Source of the DNA: a virus
Taxonomy: Duplodnaviria > Caudoviricetes
IMG/VR virus record: IMGVR_UViG_3300013426_000019
Coordinates: 94,769 to 158,768 of that record
Direction: 5' to 3' (one strand)
Length of the DNA: 64,000 nt
Positions 1 through 10,359 of this stretch are shown piece after piece; position 1 is the first letter of the stretch; the number at the start of each line of letters is the position of its first letter. The notes beneath the pieces were generated by a model. That model had not been told where the DNA came from and searched no databases. It saw nothing but the letters and a program-made list of their open reading frames with translations. The position numbers and the translations under genes are program-made.

Positions 1-328
1 ACTTACCTCTTGATGTATAGTAGGGGCAAGGCTTAATGATCATTGTGTCTCCTATTAGGTTGTAAGTTACAGCCTTAACGGGTCCAATCTTAACAGGCTT
101 CTTGTCTCTATATAGTGGTTGGCAATGTTGAGGAGCATTGAAGTAATGGGGACCTTCTAGGCCATCATCGTAAGTTGTAATACACTCAATCTCTTGAACC
201 TTAACCCTCTTAGCTGTGTAACCCTCAACAGAGTAGAACTTATACCCCAGAATCTCCGAGTCATATGTAAACTTGGCTGCTATAATAGATCCTTTAGATA
301 ATAATCCTTCAGATACCCGCGCTGTCAT
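1..328 (-). CDS. hypothetical protein, runs off the left edge (MTARVSEGLLSKGSIIAAKF...)
   Basis: Manually translated open frame from ATG at 328 to position 1; AAGGAG RBS and TTGACC-17-TATATT promoter (385..357) upstream; not in the ORF track. Confidence 0.7.
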   Translation of the reverse strand, partial: MTARVSEGLLSKGSIIAAKFTYDSEILGYKFYSVEGYTAKRVKVQEIECITTYDDGLEGPHYFNAPQHCQPLYRDKKPVKIGPVKAVTYNLIGDTMIIKPCPYYTSRGK

Positions 329-420
329 ATTATATGATCTCCTTATCTATATATATATAATATAATATTTGGGGAGTAAGGTCAACCCCTGGGTTGATAT
401 TATTATAAGAGAGGTACACT

Positions 421-573
421 ATGAAGAGTGTTGCAGCGGAGGTATTGATGGAGTTGCTTAATCGAGGAGGGGGTAGAGTAGAGGAAGACGAACTTAGGGA
501 TCTCATAGATCTTAAGAGGCAAGAACTTAACTTAGAACTTAACACAAACCCACTTGAATCTTCTAAGCATTGA
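421..573 (+). CDS. small hypothetical protein, 50 aa (MKSVAAEVLMELL...)
   Basis: ATG 421 with GAGG RBS, open to TGA 573; below the ORF-track cutoff. Confidence 0.55.
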   Translation: MKSVAAEVLMELLNRGGGRVEEDELRDLIDLKRQELNLELNTNPLESSKH

Positions 574-618
574 GGTTATATTATAGATATGTGCAGTACA
601 GTAAGAAGAGAGTTTATA

Positions 619-1365
619 ATGTGTCGTAATTGCCCACAGCGAACACAAGGCAAACCATCTAACATACCAGATGGTTATTATTATGATACCCTTAATGGAG
701 TACAGATCCTTAAAGAGTGTTCTTGTCATATTAAGTGGCGCAAGGCTAACGAAGTATACTATAAGTTAATCAATGCTAACCTTAAGGATAATCCTTATGG
801 CTTTGAGGATTATAAGGGCACAAAGAGCCTAGAGGATGTAAGAGCTTTAGAGTATGTGTCTCAACACTTCGACAAGTTCCTAACTCGTAAGATGATATAC
901 CTATATGGTCCTAATGGCACCCAGAAGACTTCTATGTCGCAGGTCTTAGGTAAGTCCTTAATCGAGCAGGGTTATAAGGTGCAGTATATCTTAATGCAGG
1001 AACTTCTCAATAACCTTATGCCTGACTTCGATGAGACAGATAATGATAAGAAGGCAGTCATTAAAAGGTATATGGAGACTGATCTCCTAATCATAGATGA
1101 AGCCTTCGATAAGAGTAAGGTGACTTTGTATAACTCAGGCTATCAGATCCCGTTCCTAGATAACTTCTTGAGAACACGCTTCGAGATCAATAAAGGTTCT
1201 ATATTGTTTATAAGTAATAAGAAGCCCGAAGAGATAAGTAGTCAGGGATTTGGGGAGTCATTGCAGAACTTTGTGATTAGGAATACAAGAGGCTCTTATC
1301 TTATATTCGAAGATAAGTATATTGAAAATACCTGCCCCGTAGATAGACTGAGCTTGTTCAAGTAA
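619..1365 (+). CDS. DnaC/IstB-like AAA+ helicase loader
   Basis: N-terminal CxxC...CxC, Walker A variant GPNGTQKTS, Walker B DLLIIDE, SN motif; directly upstream of dnaB. Confidence 0.8.
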   Translation: MCRNCPQRTQGKPSNIPDGYYYDTLNGVQILKECSCHIKWRKANEVYYKLINANLKDNPYGFEDYKGTKSLEDVRALEYVSQHFDKFLTRKMIYLYGPNGTQKTSMSQVLGKSLIEQGYKVQYILMQELLNNLMPDFDETDNDKKAVIKRYMETDLLIIDEAFDKSKVTLYNSGYQIPFLDNFLRTRFEINKGSILFISNKKPEEISSQGFGESLQNFVIRNTRGSYLIFEDKYIENTCPVDRLSLFK

Positions 1366-1386
1366 GAGAAGGAGAATTGAGTTATT

Positions 1387-2814
1387 ATGGTACAAGAGAA
1401 GAAGAGAGCGTCTTATGATACTGTGAGATTAGCTGAATATAGATTACTCAATGCATTAGCCAAGAATCCTGCTTATATAGAAGATCCAAGAGTGTCAGTT
1501 GAACTCTTTGTAGATGAACCAGCAAAGTCTGCGTATAACGCGATTATAGCGCTCGTAGAACAGAAGATAAACATCACACCCGCTAGCTTATGGCAGGCAG
1601 CAAGTAACATTGACTACCATGTAGATCAGCGTACTGTACAATGTATATGGAATATAGACAGTGAAGGAGCCTCTAGTTTAGATGATATCTTAGGTATCTT
1701 AAAAACTGCACAACTCAAGAATAACCTTTTAGATAAAGTTGACGACCTTAAAGAACAACTCGAACAACCTGGTGATCTAGATGGAGGTACCTTACTGTCT
1801 AATATATACGGCCTAGATGAGATGCTCCAAAAATCATCTAGAGGAGACTCCCCCCTAATTAGCTTCTCTGAATGGGCTGATATGTATATTGAAGACCTCA
1901 AACTTAGGAAGGCAGGAAGGAAGTATAGTTATGGTGATCCCTTATTAGATGAGTATCTGTATAAAGGAGCTTATCCTGGTGCTATAACTATGATCTGTGC
2001 AGGAACCAATATGGGTAAGTCAACTTATGTATTATCCCTAATTAATAACTTATTAGAGAACAATCAGCCTTGCATGTACTTGTCACTTGAGATGTCAGGA
2101 ACGGATACTATGGATAGACTTATCTCTATGAGGTGTGGTATCCCTAACGAAGAACTATATAACCCAGATCCTACTAACATAGATCACCTCATTGACTTGG
2201 TTGAGAAGGAGAAGCAGGCCCTGCTCAATAGAAAGAACTTTATGTTCTGTGAAGACCCTGATATAGATATGCCTAAGCTTAGGAAGTTGATTAAGGAGTT
2301 TAAGCAGCGCTCTAAGTCAGATTATTGCTTGGTCGCTATTGACCTCCTAACTCAAATGAAGAACTTCATGTCATCTAAAAATAATTCTAATACCGCTACG
2401 GCTATGGAAATAGCTATGAATGATTTGAACGCTCTGGCTAAAAGTGAGAACGTGCATATAGTAGGCGTTGCACAGCTTAATAGAGAAACAGATAATGTTA
2501 AAATTAGAGATTTGCAGGATATTGAAGATTGTAGACCCAATTTGGCTTCTATTAAGAACTCAGGTGCACTCGCGGAAAGATCAAGAGTGGTATTAGTATG
2601 TTTTAGAAATCGCTTTTTTATTGATAGGTACTTGCAGGATGATGAGCAAGCACAAGCCCAACCAGATATTATGGATGTGCAAGTACTTAAAAATAGTAAT
2701 GGACCTTCAGGCAAGAAGCTTAAATATATGTTTGACTCTGATCATTTTAAGTTATTACCCTTAGCAGATGAAGAGCAGGCCAAACTTGACTCCTTAAGAG
2801 AAATCGACTTCTGA
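1387..2814 (+). CDS. dnaB: replicative DNA helicase, DnaB family
   Basis: AGTNMGKS Walker A, SLEM, IDLL, AQLNR, SGALAE motifs. Confidence 0.92.
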   Translation: MVQEKKRASYDTVRLAEYRLLNALAKNPAYIEDPRVSVELFVDEPAKSAYNAIIALVEQKINITPASLWQAASNIDYHVDQRTVQCIWNIDSEGASSLDDILGILKTAQLKNNLLDKVDDLKEQLEQPGDLDGGTLLSNIYGLDEMLQKSSRGDSPLISFSEWADMYIEDLKLRKAGRKYSYGDPLLDEYLYKGAYPGAITMICAGTNMGKSTYVLSLINNLLENNQPCMYLSLEMSGTDTMDRLISMRCGIPNEELYNPDPTNIDHLIDLVEKEKQALLNRKNFMFCEDPDIDMPKLRKLIKEFKQRSKSDYCLVAIDLLTQMKNFMSSKNNSNTATAMEIAMNDLNALAKSENVHIVGVAQLNRETDNVKIRDLQDIEDCRPNLASIKNSGALAERSRVVLVCFRNRFFIDRYLQDDEQAQAQPDIMDVQVLKNSNGPSGKKLKYMFDSDHFKLLPLADEEQAKLDSLREIDF

Positions 2815-4424
2815 TTGAGGAAGATTACAGAGCTTTGAGTTATATTATATATAATATGACAGTGCAAGAAGCGAAGGATATATTACTCAACAATAAGATA
2901 ATAACACCTCTAACTAAGGGTGATGTGGGGTTCAAAGTTAACCCCTCTCTAATAAGACACAATATACCCTTAGAAGAGAAGTTATTAGAATACCCTGAGC
3001 TCTATAAATATCTCCTAACATTCCCCTCTATAAAGGAGGGGTTATATAGATGCTATCATCTACTGGATAAGACTCCTACCTGTAAGTATTGTGGCAAAGA
3101 CTTATACTTCACTAAGGTGAAGTACTCAAGAACATGTGGATCAAAAGAGTGTGTGTTCAAGTTAAACTTAGAGTCTAAACTTAAAAACAACCCAGATGAT
3201 CCTTACAATACTAAAAAGCAAAAAGAAACAGCTAAGAATAAAACAGCGGAGCAACAGGCCACCATAATAGAGAAGAGGAAAAAAACCAAGCTCGAAAAAT
3301 ATGGGGATGCTAATTACAACAACTCTGAAAAAAACAAGGAGACTTGTTTGAAAAAATATGGAGTGACTAACCCTTCATTAGTGCAGGAATTCAAAGATAA
3401 AAGAACTCAAACCAATCTGGAAAAGTTTGGGGAAACTTCAGTCTTCAAAACAGATAGGTTCAAAGAAAAACTCAAGAAGAATAATCTCGAAAAGTATGGA
3501 ACAGAGTATGCATCACAATCAGAGATAATAAAAAACAAGATGAAACAAACTTGTCTCGAAAAGTACGGTGTGGAATATGCGTTCCAAGCTGAGGAGGTTA
3601 AGACCCATATTAAGCAAACTCTGGAAAGTAGAACACCTGAACAAATAGCAGCTACTATAGAAAAAACGGAAAAAACTAATCTTGAAAAATATGGAGTTAA
3701 GTGTGTCTTAAGTAGTCCTGAAATAAAGGATAAAGCTAGAAAAACCATAGAGAAGAAAGTTGAGGAAGACCCTGAATATTGGAAGAAAATAAAAGAGAAG
3801 GGTCTCGGCACCCTAAAAGAAAAATACGGTTCTCTGGAAAAATATTATGAGGTAATTCGAGCAAAAACAAGAGATACTCTAATTAAAAATTATAGCTCCT
3901 TAAAAAAATGCTATGAAGAAAGGAGTGAAAAAGCAAAGGAGAGTAGTTATCAAAAATATGGTGTTGCACATTATAGGAATACAGAAGAGTATAGAGAGAA
4001 GGATAAGGAAATAAGAGAAGCTCAGTACTTGAAGTTCAGAGAAGAAAATCCTACAGTTATATCACTCTTCGAATTAGAGGAAGCCAATAAAGGGTTCTTT
4101 GAGAGTCATGGAGTGAATAAAAATAGAGAACCTATCCTAATAAAGGAGAGTATAGAAGCCCTGGGCTATGAGATAAAAGATTATAACTTCGGTAATGGTG
4201 ATGTATCTAAACACTTCCTAGGAATAGACTTAAAAGGCAAGCCTATCGAGGAGTTCCTGAAAGTCTTCGAGGATATACTCAAAATTAAGTTCAAAGAGTT
4301 TATAGCAGGAGCCTATAGATCTAAGGGTGAAAAAGAAGTATATGATTAAACCTCAAAAATATAGAAACCTCTCATATAGTATTGTTAATTTTAATCTTTA
4401 ATATATTTAACTACTAATATTAGT

Positions 4425-5030
4425 ATGAAAGCAAATGAAGTGATGAAATTATTAAATATCAAAAGCAGGAACACCTTGAGCAGTTATGTAAAGGAGGGTT
4501 TAATAAAAGTAGCTACTACTCCGAGGGGAAGATATATCTACGATGAAGATTCCGTATATAGATTTATAGGACTTAAAAAAGAAAAGAAAAATAAAATAAA
4601 TATATCTTATTCTAGAGTTTCTACGCCCTCTCAAAAAAATCAATTGAAAGAACAAACAAAAAGAATATATGAGTCTTGCTTATCTAAAGGCATACAACTA
4701 GATTTGCAATTAGAAGACGTGAAGTCAGGGATGAATTCAGATAGAAGGGGATTTCAAGAATTAATACAAAGGGTGATAAAAGGGGAAGTGGAATTAGTAA
4801 TTGTAGAAAATAAAGATAGGCTAATTCGCTTTAATTTTGATCTGTTGGAAAATATTTTTAAATATTTTGGAACAAGAATTGTTGTTCTAAGTGAATCTCT
4901 AGATAATAAAAGTTATGAGCAAGAATTAACAGAGGATCTTATTTCTATAATTCATCATTTTTCTATGAAATCGTATTCTCATAGGAGAAAACTAAATAAA
5001 ATTAGAAAAGAATTAGAGGAAAATAATTAA
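4425..5030 (+). CDS. tnpA: IS607 serine recombinase TnpA
   Basis: N-terminal MerR-like HTH, YSRVST catalytic Ser motif, DVKSG, DRLIRF, ELTEDL. Confidence 0.93.
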   Translation: MKANEVMKLLNIKSRNTLSSYVKEGLIKVATTPRGRYIYDEDSVYRFIGLKKEKKNKINISYSRVSTPSQKNQLKEQTKRIYESCLSKGIQLDLQLEDVKSGMNSDRRGFQELIQRVIKGEVELVIVENKDRLIRFNFDLLENIFKYFGTRIVVLSESLDNKSYEQELTEDLISIIHHFSMKSYSHRRKLNKIRKELEENN

Positions 5031-5076
5031 CTCCCTAATTAATCCATACTAATTAATATATAAAGGTATATAAAGA

Positions 5077-6447
5077 GTGAAGACAATAAAGTTGCCTTAT
5101 AAATCAGAAGGTAAAGAAAGAATCCTATCTTATGTGAATAATTTCAATTCCGTATTGAGATTCACATATAATAGAATAACTGATTCTGAAAAAGGCTTAT
5201 CTACGAAGGAACTTACTAAATTCCAAAAAAGCATGAATAATGTCTTCATTGACTCTCACTTTAAAAATTCTGCTATTTTCAAAGCTAAAGCTTTACATAC
5301 GAGAAATCCAAATAAAAAAATATTATTTGGTGGGAAAAAGATATTTGAGCAGAGGAGAAAAAATACTTTAAGTAAGGAAGAGTTTAAAGCTTTGAGGTAT
5401 GCTCCCTTATGTTCTATAGGGGAAGCAGATAAAAAAGGAAATAGGAAATTCCAAATAGTTTCTGATTCCAAAATTCTATTTAAACCCAACAGAAAAGAAC
5501 ATATAGAATTAATCCTCCCAAAACTTAGAAATAATTATAGAAAAGAATTACTAAAATTAATGTCTTTTCAAAATTCTAAGACTATCTCCATTACATATGA
5601 ATTAGATTGCAACTACATATATATTTCTTATGATCTTCCCGCAGGAGAATCTTCTACGAAAAAGAATAGTATCCTTAAGGATAGGATTTTTGCGATCGAT
5701 TTAAATCCCAATTATATAGGATGGTCCATAGTAGATTGGAATAGTGGTGAAGAATATAGATTAGTGGCCTCTGGTTTGGGATCCACCAAGGATCTTAATG
5801 ATTGCGATTTTTCTCTAAAAGGCAAGGGGCTAAATTCTTCCTCAAAAGAAAGAAAATACATTTCAAATAAAAGGAAACATGAACTTGTAGAGATATCTTC
5901 TTATCTCACTTCACTGGCTTATCACTATCATTGTCAAATTTTTTCTATGGAGGATCTAACTATAAAATCCTCTAACAAAGAAAAAGGACATAAATACAAT
6001 AAATTAATCAATAACTGTTGGAATAGAAATCTTCTTACAAATCAAATAGAAAAAAGATGCAAGTTATTGGGTCTCGAATTTTTAAAAGTCAAAGCAAATT
6101 ACAGCTCTTTTGTAGGTAACTTAGCTTATCGAAGAGAGAATAGACCCGATATGATTCTTTCAAGTATTGAGATTAGTAGAAGAGGCTATGAGTTCTACCA
6201 TCAGTACATAAAGAAAGATAAAGAAAAACAAAAGAACATAATTTTCAATGAAAGCAAATCTAATAAAATTCTCATAAAGAAATCGTTGGAAGAATTGAAG
6301 TATGAGAAAGATTTCACATCCATCGAAAAATTATATAAAGAAATAAAAACTCTAAATTTGAGATATAGAGTTTCTTTAAATGAAAATTTAAAGTTTTTCA
6401 GTTTAAAATCTAATAAATCTAAAATTAATTGTTATAATTATATATAG
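5077..6447 (+). CDS. tnpB: TnpB-family RNA-guided nuclease
   Basis: RuvC-I AIDLNP, RuvC-II MEDL, RuvC-III PD...SIEISRRG; no obvious CxxC zinc finger; follows tnpA. Confidence 0.85.
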   Translation: MKTIKLPYKSEGKERILSYVNNFNSVLRFTYNRITDSEKGLSTKELTKFQKSMNNVFIDSHFKNSAIFKAKALHTRNPNKKILFGGKKIFEQRRKNTLSKEEFKALRYAPLCSIGEADKKGNRKFQIVSDSKILFKPNRKEHIELILPKLRNNYRKELLKLMSFQNSKTISITYELDCNYIYISYDLPAGESSTKKNSILKDRIFAIDLNPNYIGWSIVDWNSGEEYRLVASGLGSTKDLNDCDFSLKGKGLNSSSKERKYISNKRKHELVEISSYLTSLAYHYHCQIFSMEDLTIKSSNKEKGHKYNKLINNCWNRNLLTNQIEKRCKLLGLEFLKVKANYSSFVGNLAYRRENRPDMILSSIEISRRGYEFYHQYIKKDKEKQKNIIFNESKSNKILIKKSLEELKYEKDFTSIEKLYKEIKTLNLRYRVSLNENLKFFSLKSNKSKINCYNYI

Positions 6448-7356
6448 ATTGTTATGTTTTAGATATCTTATGTTAAATCTATTGTAGCCGATGAAGTATA
6501 CTATCAGAATAGGGGTATCATCAAAAATCCAGATAATGACAAGCATCTTGAATTAGACATATATATCCCCTCTAAGAAAATAGCAATTGAATATAATGGG
6601 AGTTACTGGCACTCAAGATGTGATAAGAACTATCACTTAAATAAGACCTTAGCTTGTGAGAAGTTAGGCATAAGACTCATACATATATGGGACTATGAGT
6701 GGATATACCAACAAGACTTAATTAAAGGATTCTTGAAAAACCTCCTCACCTCTAAAATCAAAATAGGTGCCAGGAAGTGTGTAGTGAAGAAGGTGGAGTT
6801 AAAAGAGGAAAAAGAGTTCTTGAATACTTATCATCTTCAAGGCTACCAGAAATCTATGGTATGTTATGGCCTATATTACAAAGGAGAGATCCTACAACTA
6901 ATGAGCTTCAGCAAATCTAGATATAGAAAATCTATACCTTACGAGCTACTCAGATTGTGCACCAAAGAAGGTTATACTATAATAGGAGGATCTAACAAGC
7001 TGCTTAGGGAGTTTGAAAGAGAATATAGTCCTAGTAGCATTGTATCTTATTGCAATAGAGATAAGTTCAGGGGAGATGTATATACTCAATTAGGATTTGA
7101 AGCTGAAAAGTTAAAACCTACGGCGTTCTACGTCAAATTAAAGGAGAGTAGCTATTCAAGATTCTCTGCTAGTTCATTAGCTAAAGTTGGCGCTGACAAA
7201 CTTATAGGTACTTGTGATGGTAAAGGATCAAATAATGAAGAGATTGCCTTAAGAGAAGGCTACTTCAAATTGTGGGGTACAGGGCAACAAACTTATGTGA
7301 AAACTATTGAAAAGTAAGGGCCAATTGCTTATACTATATACAAAGAGGAACCTTAA

Positions 7357-7665
7357 ATGTCTAGAAGCACAAAAAAACCTTATATACATTATACATCGTT
7401 CGATCCCAAAACTCAGAGAGCCTTCAGAAACTTGTCTAGAAGGCTTATAAGGCGTAAAGGTAAGTTGAGCGTTAAGGCATGTATGAGCGCAAGAGACTTA
7501 GAGGACGTAGAAGATGTATATCATAAAGGCACCTCCTTTAAAGATGGTTATGATGAGTGGACCCTGCCCTCAGATGGTCATCAGCACTACTATAATATAA
7601 AGTCTGGGAGTTGCTTAACTGAAGAAGAACTTAGGGAAGATAGAAAAAAATCTATGAGGAAGTAG
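7357..7665 (+). CDS. small basic hypothetical protein
   Basis: ORF with GAGG RBS and own -10-like element. Confidence 0.65.
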   Translation: MSRSTKKPYIHYTSFDPKTQRAFRNLSRRLIRRKGKLSVKACMSARDLEDVEDVYHKGTSFKDGYDEWTLPSDGHQHYYNIKSGSCLTEEELREDRKKSMRK

Positions 7666-7688
7666 TAGCTCAAACTAATTAAAACAAT

Positions 7689-8981
7689 ATGATCATATGC
7701 AATGAAGTCACGGAAGGGAAGCCTCTTAAGATAAACACAAAAACAGGGGTTATAGAGTGTCAGAAGCTAATAGTGGACAGCACTCTAAACAATACCATCA
7801 TAGACACAAAGAATGACACAATTAGGACTGACTACTGCTATGTTCGGGAATACATGGAAGAGATTCAATCGAGTTCAGAGAGTCCTATTATAATCTCAAG
7901 TCCGACCATAGAGAAGGCGATTAAGTTATGTAGTCTTAAGAGACCTAAAGCAGATACGGGCCCTACTGTCTGGCTATCATTAAAAGAGCCAACACTTAAA
8001 TATATAGACTTCGGAGATGCTAATAGAACCACTCTAAATATAAAGTATCAGGAGATCTCAGAAGACAATTATCCTAAAGGGCAACCTAAATGGATAGTGT
8101 GGCAATCAGGAGCCTCATTAAGCCTGGATATAATAAATAAGATATCTGCCTACGATATATATGATCTCTGGAATACTCTATATAGATATCATGGCTTCAG
8201 GGGCTTTGATGGTGAATATAAAGGTTACATAGCTCAAATAATACTAAATGCAATAGCAAGCAATGAGGACTCAAACCTATCTGAAGAGTTAATAACGTTT
8301 CCAATAGACCTTGATTATTGTAATATAATCTACTCAAGCGCTGATCAAATGGAGAAATTTGAGTTCTATAGCTGGAATATCTGGAAGGTTCTAGTACCCC
8401 AAATGTTTGGGCTAGAAATTGACGATAAAGGCGAAATCACCTACCTAGAAGGCTCAGAATTGTTCTACAGCAAAGACAGTGATTGCAGAGTATCATTGCC
8501 AATACCTTCAGTATACATAGGACTAGAAAATAATAAGGGCAAGGCAACACCCTACATAGAAATATCTATACCCGCAAATGATACGAGAAAACCACAAATA
8601 GAGTGGGCATGGAGAAGTACCTACAGCTCCTCATTAGAAGAGGACAAGTGGAATCATGCAGATGCAGGAACTACTACTATAAAGTTAACAGACGCTCAGT
8701 ACTTCGATATGGGCGACGGAAATAAATACACAGGCAAGTTCAAAGGACAACTACTAGTAAGAACGCACAAAACTTACGACTTCACGAAAGGCTTCGGTTC
8801 TATAAGAGAAGTATACTCTGATATAAGGTCCATTACACCGGAAGGTTCAGAAGATATAAGAGGTAAGAATATACAAGTAGGTGCAACCTTAGATACTTCG
8901 GGCAAGGTTATATTGGGTAACCTTGCAGTAAAGAAAAATGATACTCTAACAGATATACTAATAGGTGAGAATGCAAGATGA
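7689..8981 (+). CDS. hypothetical protein, probably virion-associated
   Basis: 430-aa ORF preceded by ACTAATT motif; ATGA overlap with the next gene. Confidence 0.6.
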   Translation: MIICNEVTEGKPLKINTKTGVIECQKLIVDSTLNNTIIDTKNDTIRTDYCYVREYMEEIQSSSESPIIISSPTIEKAIKLCSLKRPKADTGPTVWLSLKEPTLKYIDFGDANRTTLNIKYQEISEDNYPKGQPKWIVWQSGASLSLDIINKISAYDIYDLWNTLYRYHGFRGFDGEYKGYIAQIILNAIASNEDSNLSEELITFPIDLDYCNIIYSSADQMEKFEFYSWNIWKVLVPQMFGLEIDDKGEITYLEGSELFYSKDSDCRVSLPIPSVYIGLENNKGKATPYIEISIPANDTRKPQIEWAWRSTYSSSLEEDKWNHADAGTTTIKLTDAQYFDMGDGNKYTGKFKGQLLVRTHKTYDFTKGFGSIREVYSDIRSITPEGSEDIRGKNIQVGATLDTSGKVILGNLAVKKNDTLTDILIGENAR

Positions 8982-10291
8982 GTTTGTTAATTAATGACTT
9001 AAAATCACTAGAAAAAGCAGAAAAAGACACTGTGTTCTTAGTGAGACACACAGATGGATTAGAACATAAGTACTCCTTCGAGACATTAGCCAAGGATGTA
9101 TTAGAGAATATTGTTACTGATAATGCTGACACTACTAGTTTAGGATCTCAGACAAAGCCTATAACCTTAGTATATGCTCAGACAGTTGTGGCTAATACTT
9201 ATAATGGTCATACGTTAGGTAAGTTCGACGACATGACAAGTGCTAGTAGTCCTGAAGCGTCAGCTACTGGTACAGTTGTGCAAATGCTAAATGAGAAGAT
9301 GACGCCACTGGTATCAGGAACAACTCTTAATCGACATGATAATATTGAAATTAGATTAGATGAATTAAGTAGTGATGGTACCCTTAAACAAGCCCTTAAG
9401 TATGTACCTGCAACAATTAAAGGTACCTATAAAGAGGTAGGATATAGCTCCCCAAGAAGCTTGGGCATAAAGATAGGAAACTACTATTTAGGGTCAGCAG
9501 CAACCTTCGGCGTTAAGAGACAATTTATATATGGGGCTTCTACTACAATTGAGGAATATCCTAAAGAAGCCTACGAAGAAGACAGTAAATACCTTGCTAC
9601 TTATGCAGATCTTGCCTACAATACAAAAGAGCTAATCAAAGAGATCTCAAGTAATGTCAAAACTGAAAGCGACAAGCTCACAACCAACAATGCGTATACT
9701 CTCACTACAAACAACAAAGCCCAGAAATTCTACGTTGTAGGCAAAAAAGAAGCAGCAGGAACTACTCAAACTGATAATGAGCGCCGTAAGTTCTATGTCA
9801 GTAAAAACGATGCAAATGCTGTGACAGTAACAATAGATACGGACAACTCCTCCACACTATCAGCAACATATGTAGCCAATGCAATCTGGAACGATATTGC
9901 GGACTACTTAGAGGTAGATGAGGACTTAGAAGTTATATATGGTCGAACATATACAAGAGATCCAGAGACCTTAAAGATTAGGCTAGCACAAAAGAATGAA
10001 CCAATAATAGGAATAGCATCAGATACTTGTGGCTTCAAAGTAGGAAGGAATACAGACATACATCAAATCCCGATTGCAATTGGAGGATGGGTCTTGGCTT
10101 ATGTAGATAACGCCTACAAGCCTGGAACACTGCTTAAGGTAGGTGACGACGGTATCTTAACTAAAGCGACTAAGAGGGATGAAATCTTCAATGCCTTCAG
10201 GATTGCAGCAAGTTATGATAGACCTGAACCTCAAGAATCCTGGCATGGTAAAGAAGTTAAAGGTAGACACTGGGTCAAGGTTAGATCTTAA
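8978..10291 (+). CDS. tail fibre/spike-like protein with C-terminal intramolecular-chaperone-like domain
   Basis: Thr-rich body; C-terminal AIWNDIADY...IGIASD...PIAIGGWV...G..L pattern typical of such domains. Confidence 0.55.
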   Translation: MSLLINDLKSLEKAEKDTVFLVRHTDGLEHKYSFETLAKDVLENIVTDNADTTSLGSQTKPITLVYAQTVVANTYNGHTLGKFDDMTSASSPEASATGTVVQMLNEKMTPLVSGTTLNRHDNIEIRLDELSSDGTLKQALKYVPATIKGTYKEVGYSSPRSLGIKIGNYYLGSAATFGVKRQFIYGASTTIEEYPKEAYEEDSKYLATYADLAYNTKELIKEISSNVKTESDKLTTNNAYTLTTNNKAQKFYVVGKKEAAGTTQTDNERRKFYVSKNDANAVTVTIDTDNSSTLSATYVANAIWNDIADYLEVDEDLEVIYGRTYTRDPETLKIRLAQKNEPIIGIASDTCGFKVGRNTDIHQIPIAIGGWVLAYVDNAYKPGTLLKVGDDGILTKATKRDEIFNAFRIAASYDRPEPQESWHGKEVKGRHWVKVRS

Positions 10292-10306
10292 AAATAATAG
10301 TAGAAA

Positions 10307-10326
10307 TCCCCTCAAATAAGAGGGGA
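10307..10326 (+). terminator. GC-rich hairpin after the tail-fibre-like gene, no U-tract
   Basis: TCCCCTC/GAGGGGA stem. Confidence 0.55.
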
Positions 10327-10359
10327 ATATTATTGCTCAGGGGTTATATTATATACAAT

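Larger units (their letters stand above)
4349..6470 (+). mobile_element. IS607-family insertion sequence (~2.12 kb)
   Basis: tnpA+tnpB pair; TTA at both junctions (4346-4348 and 6468-6470); no terminal inverted repeats; TTTT-rich unlike its flanks. Confidence 0.9.
2856..7317 (+). pseudogene. KYG-repeat homing-endonuclease-like gene (PD-(D/E)xK/Vsr-like nuclease plus C-terminal GNAT/Mom-like domain) interrupted by IS607
   Basis: Removing 4349..6470 gives one ORF of 779 aa (...EKEVYD|YVKSIVADE...ELDIYIPSKKIAIEYNGSYWHS...) colinear with the paralog at 27472. Confidence 0.88.

Noticed and set aside
4349-4424. IStron (group I intron fused to IS607)
   Set aside because: Only 76 bp precede tnpA, too short for a group I catalytic core
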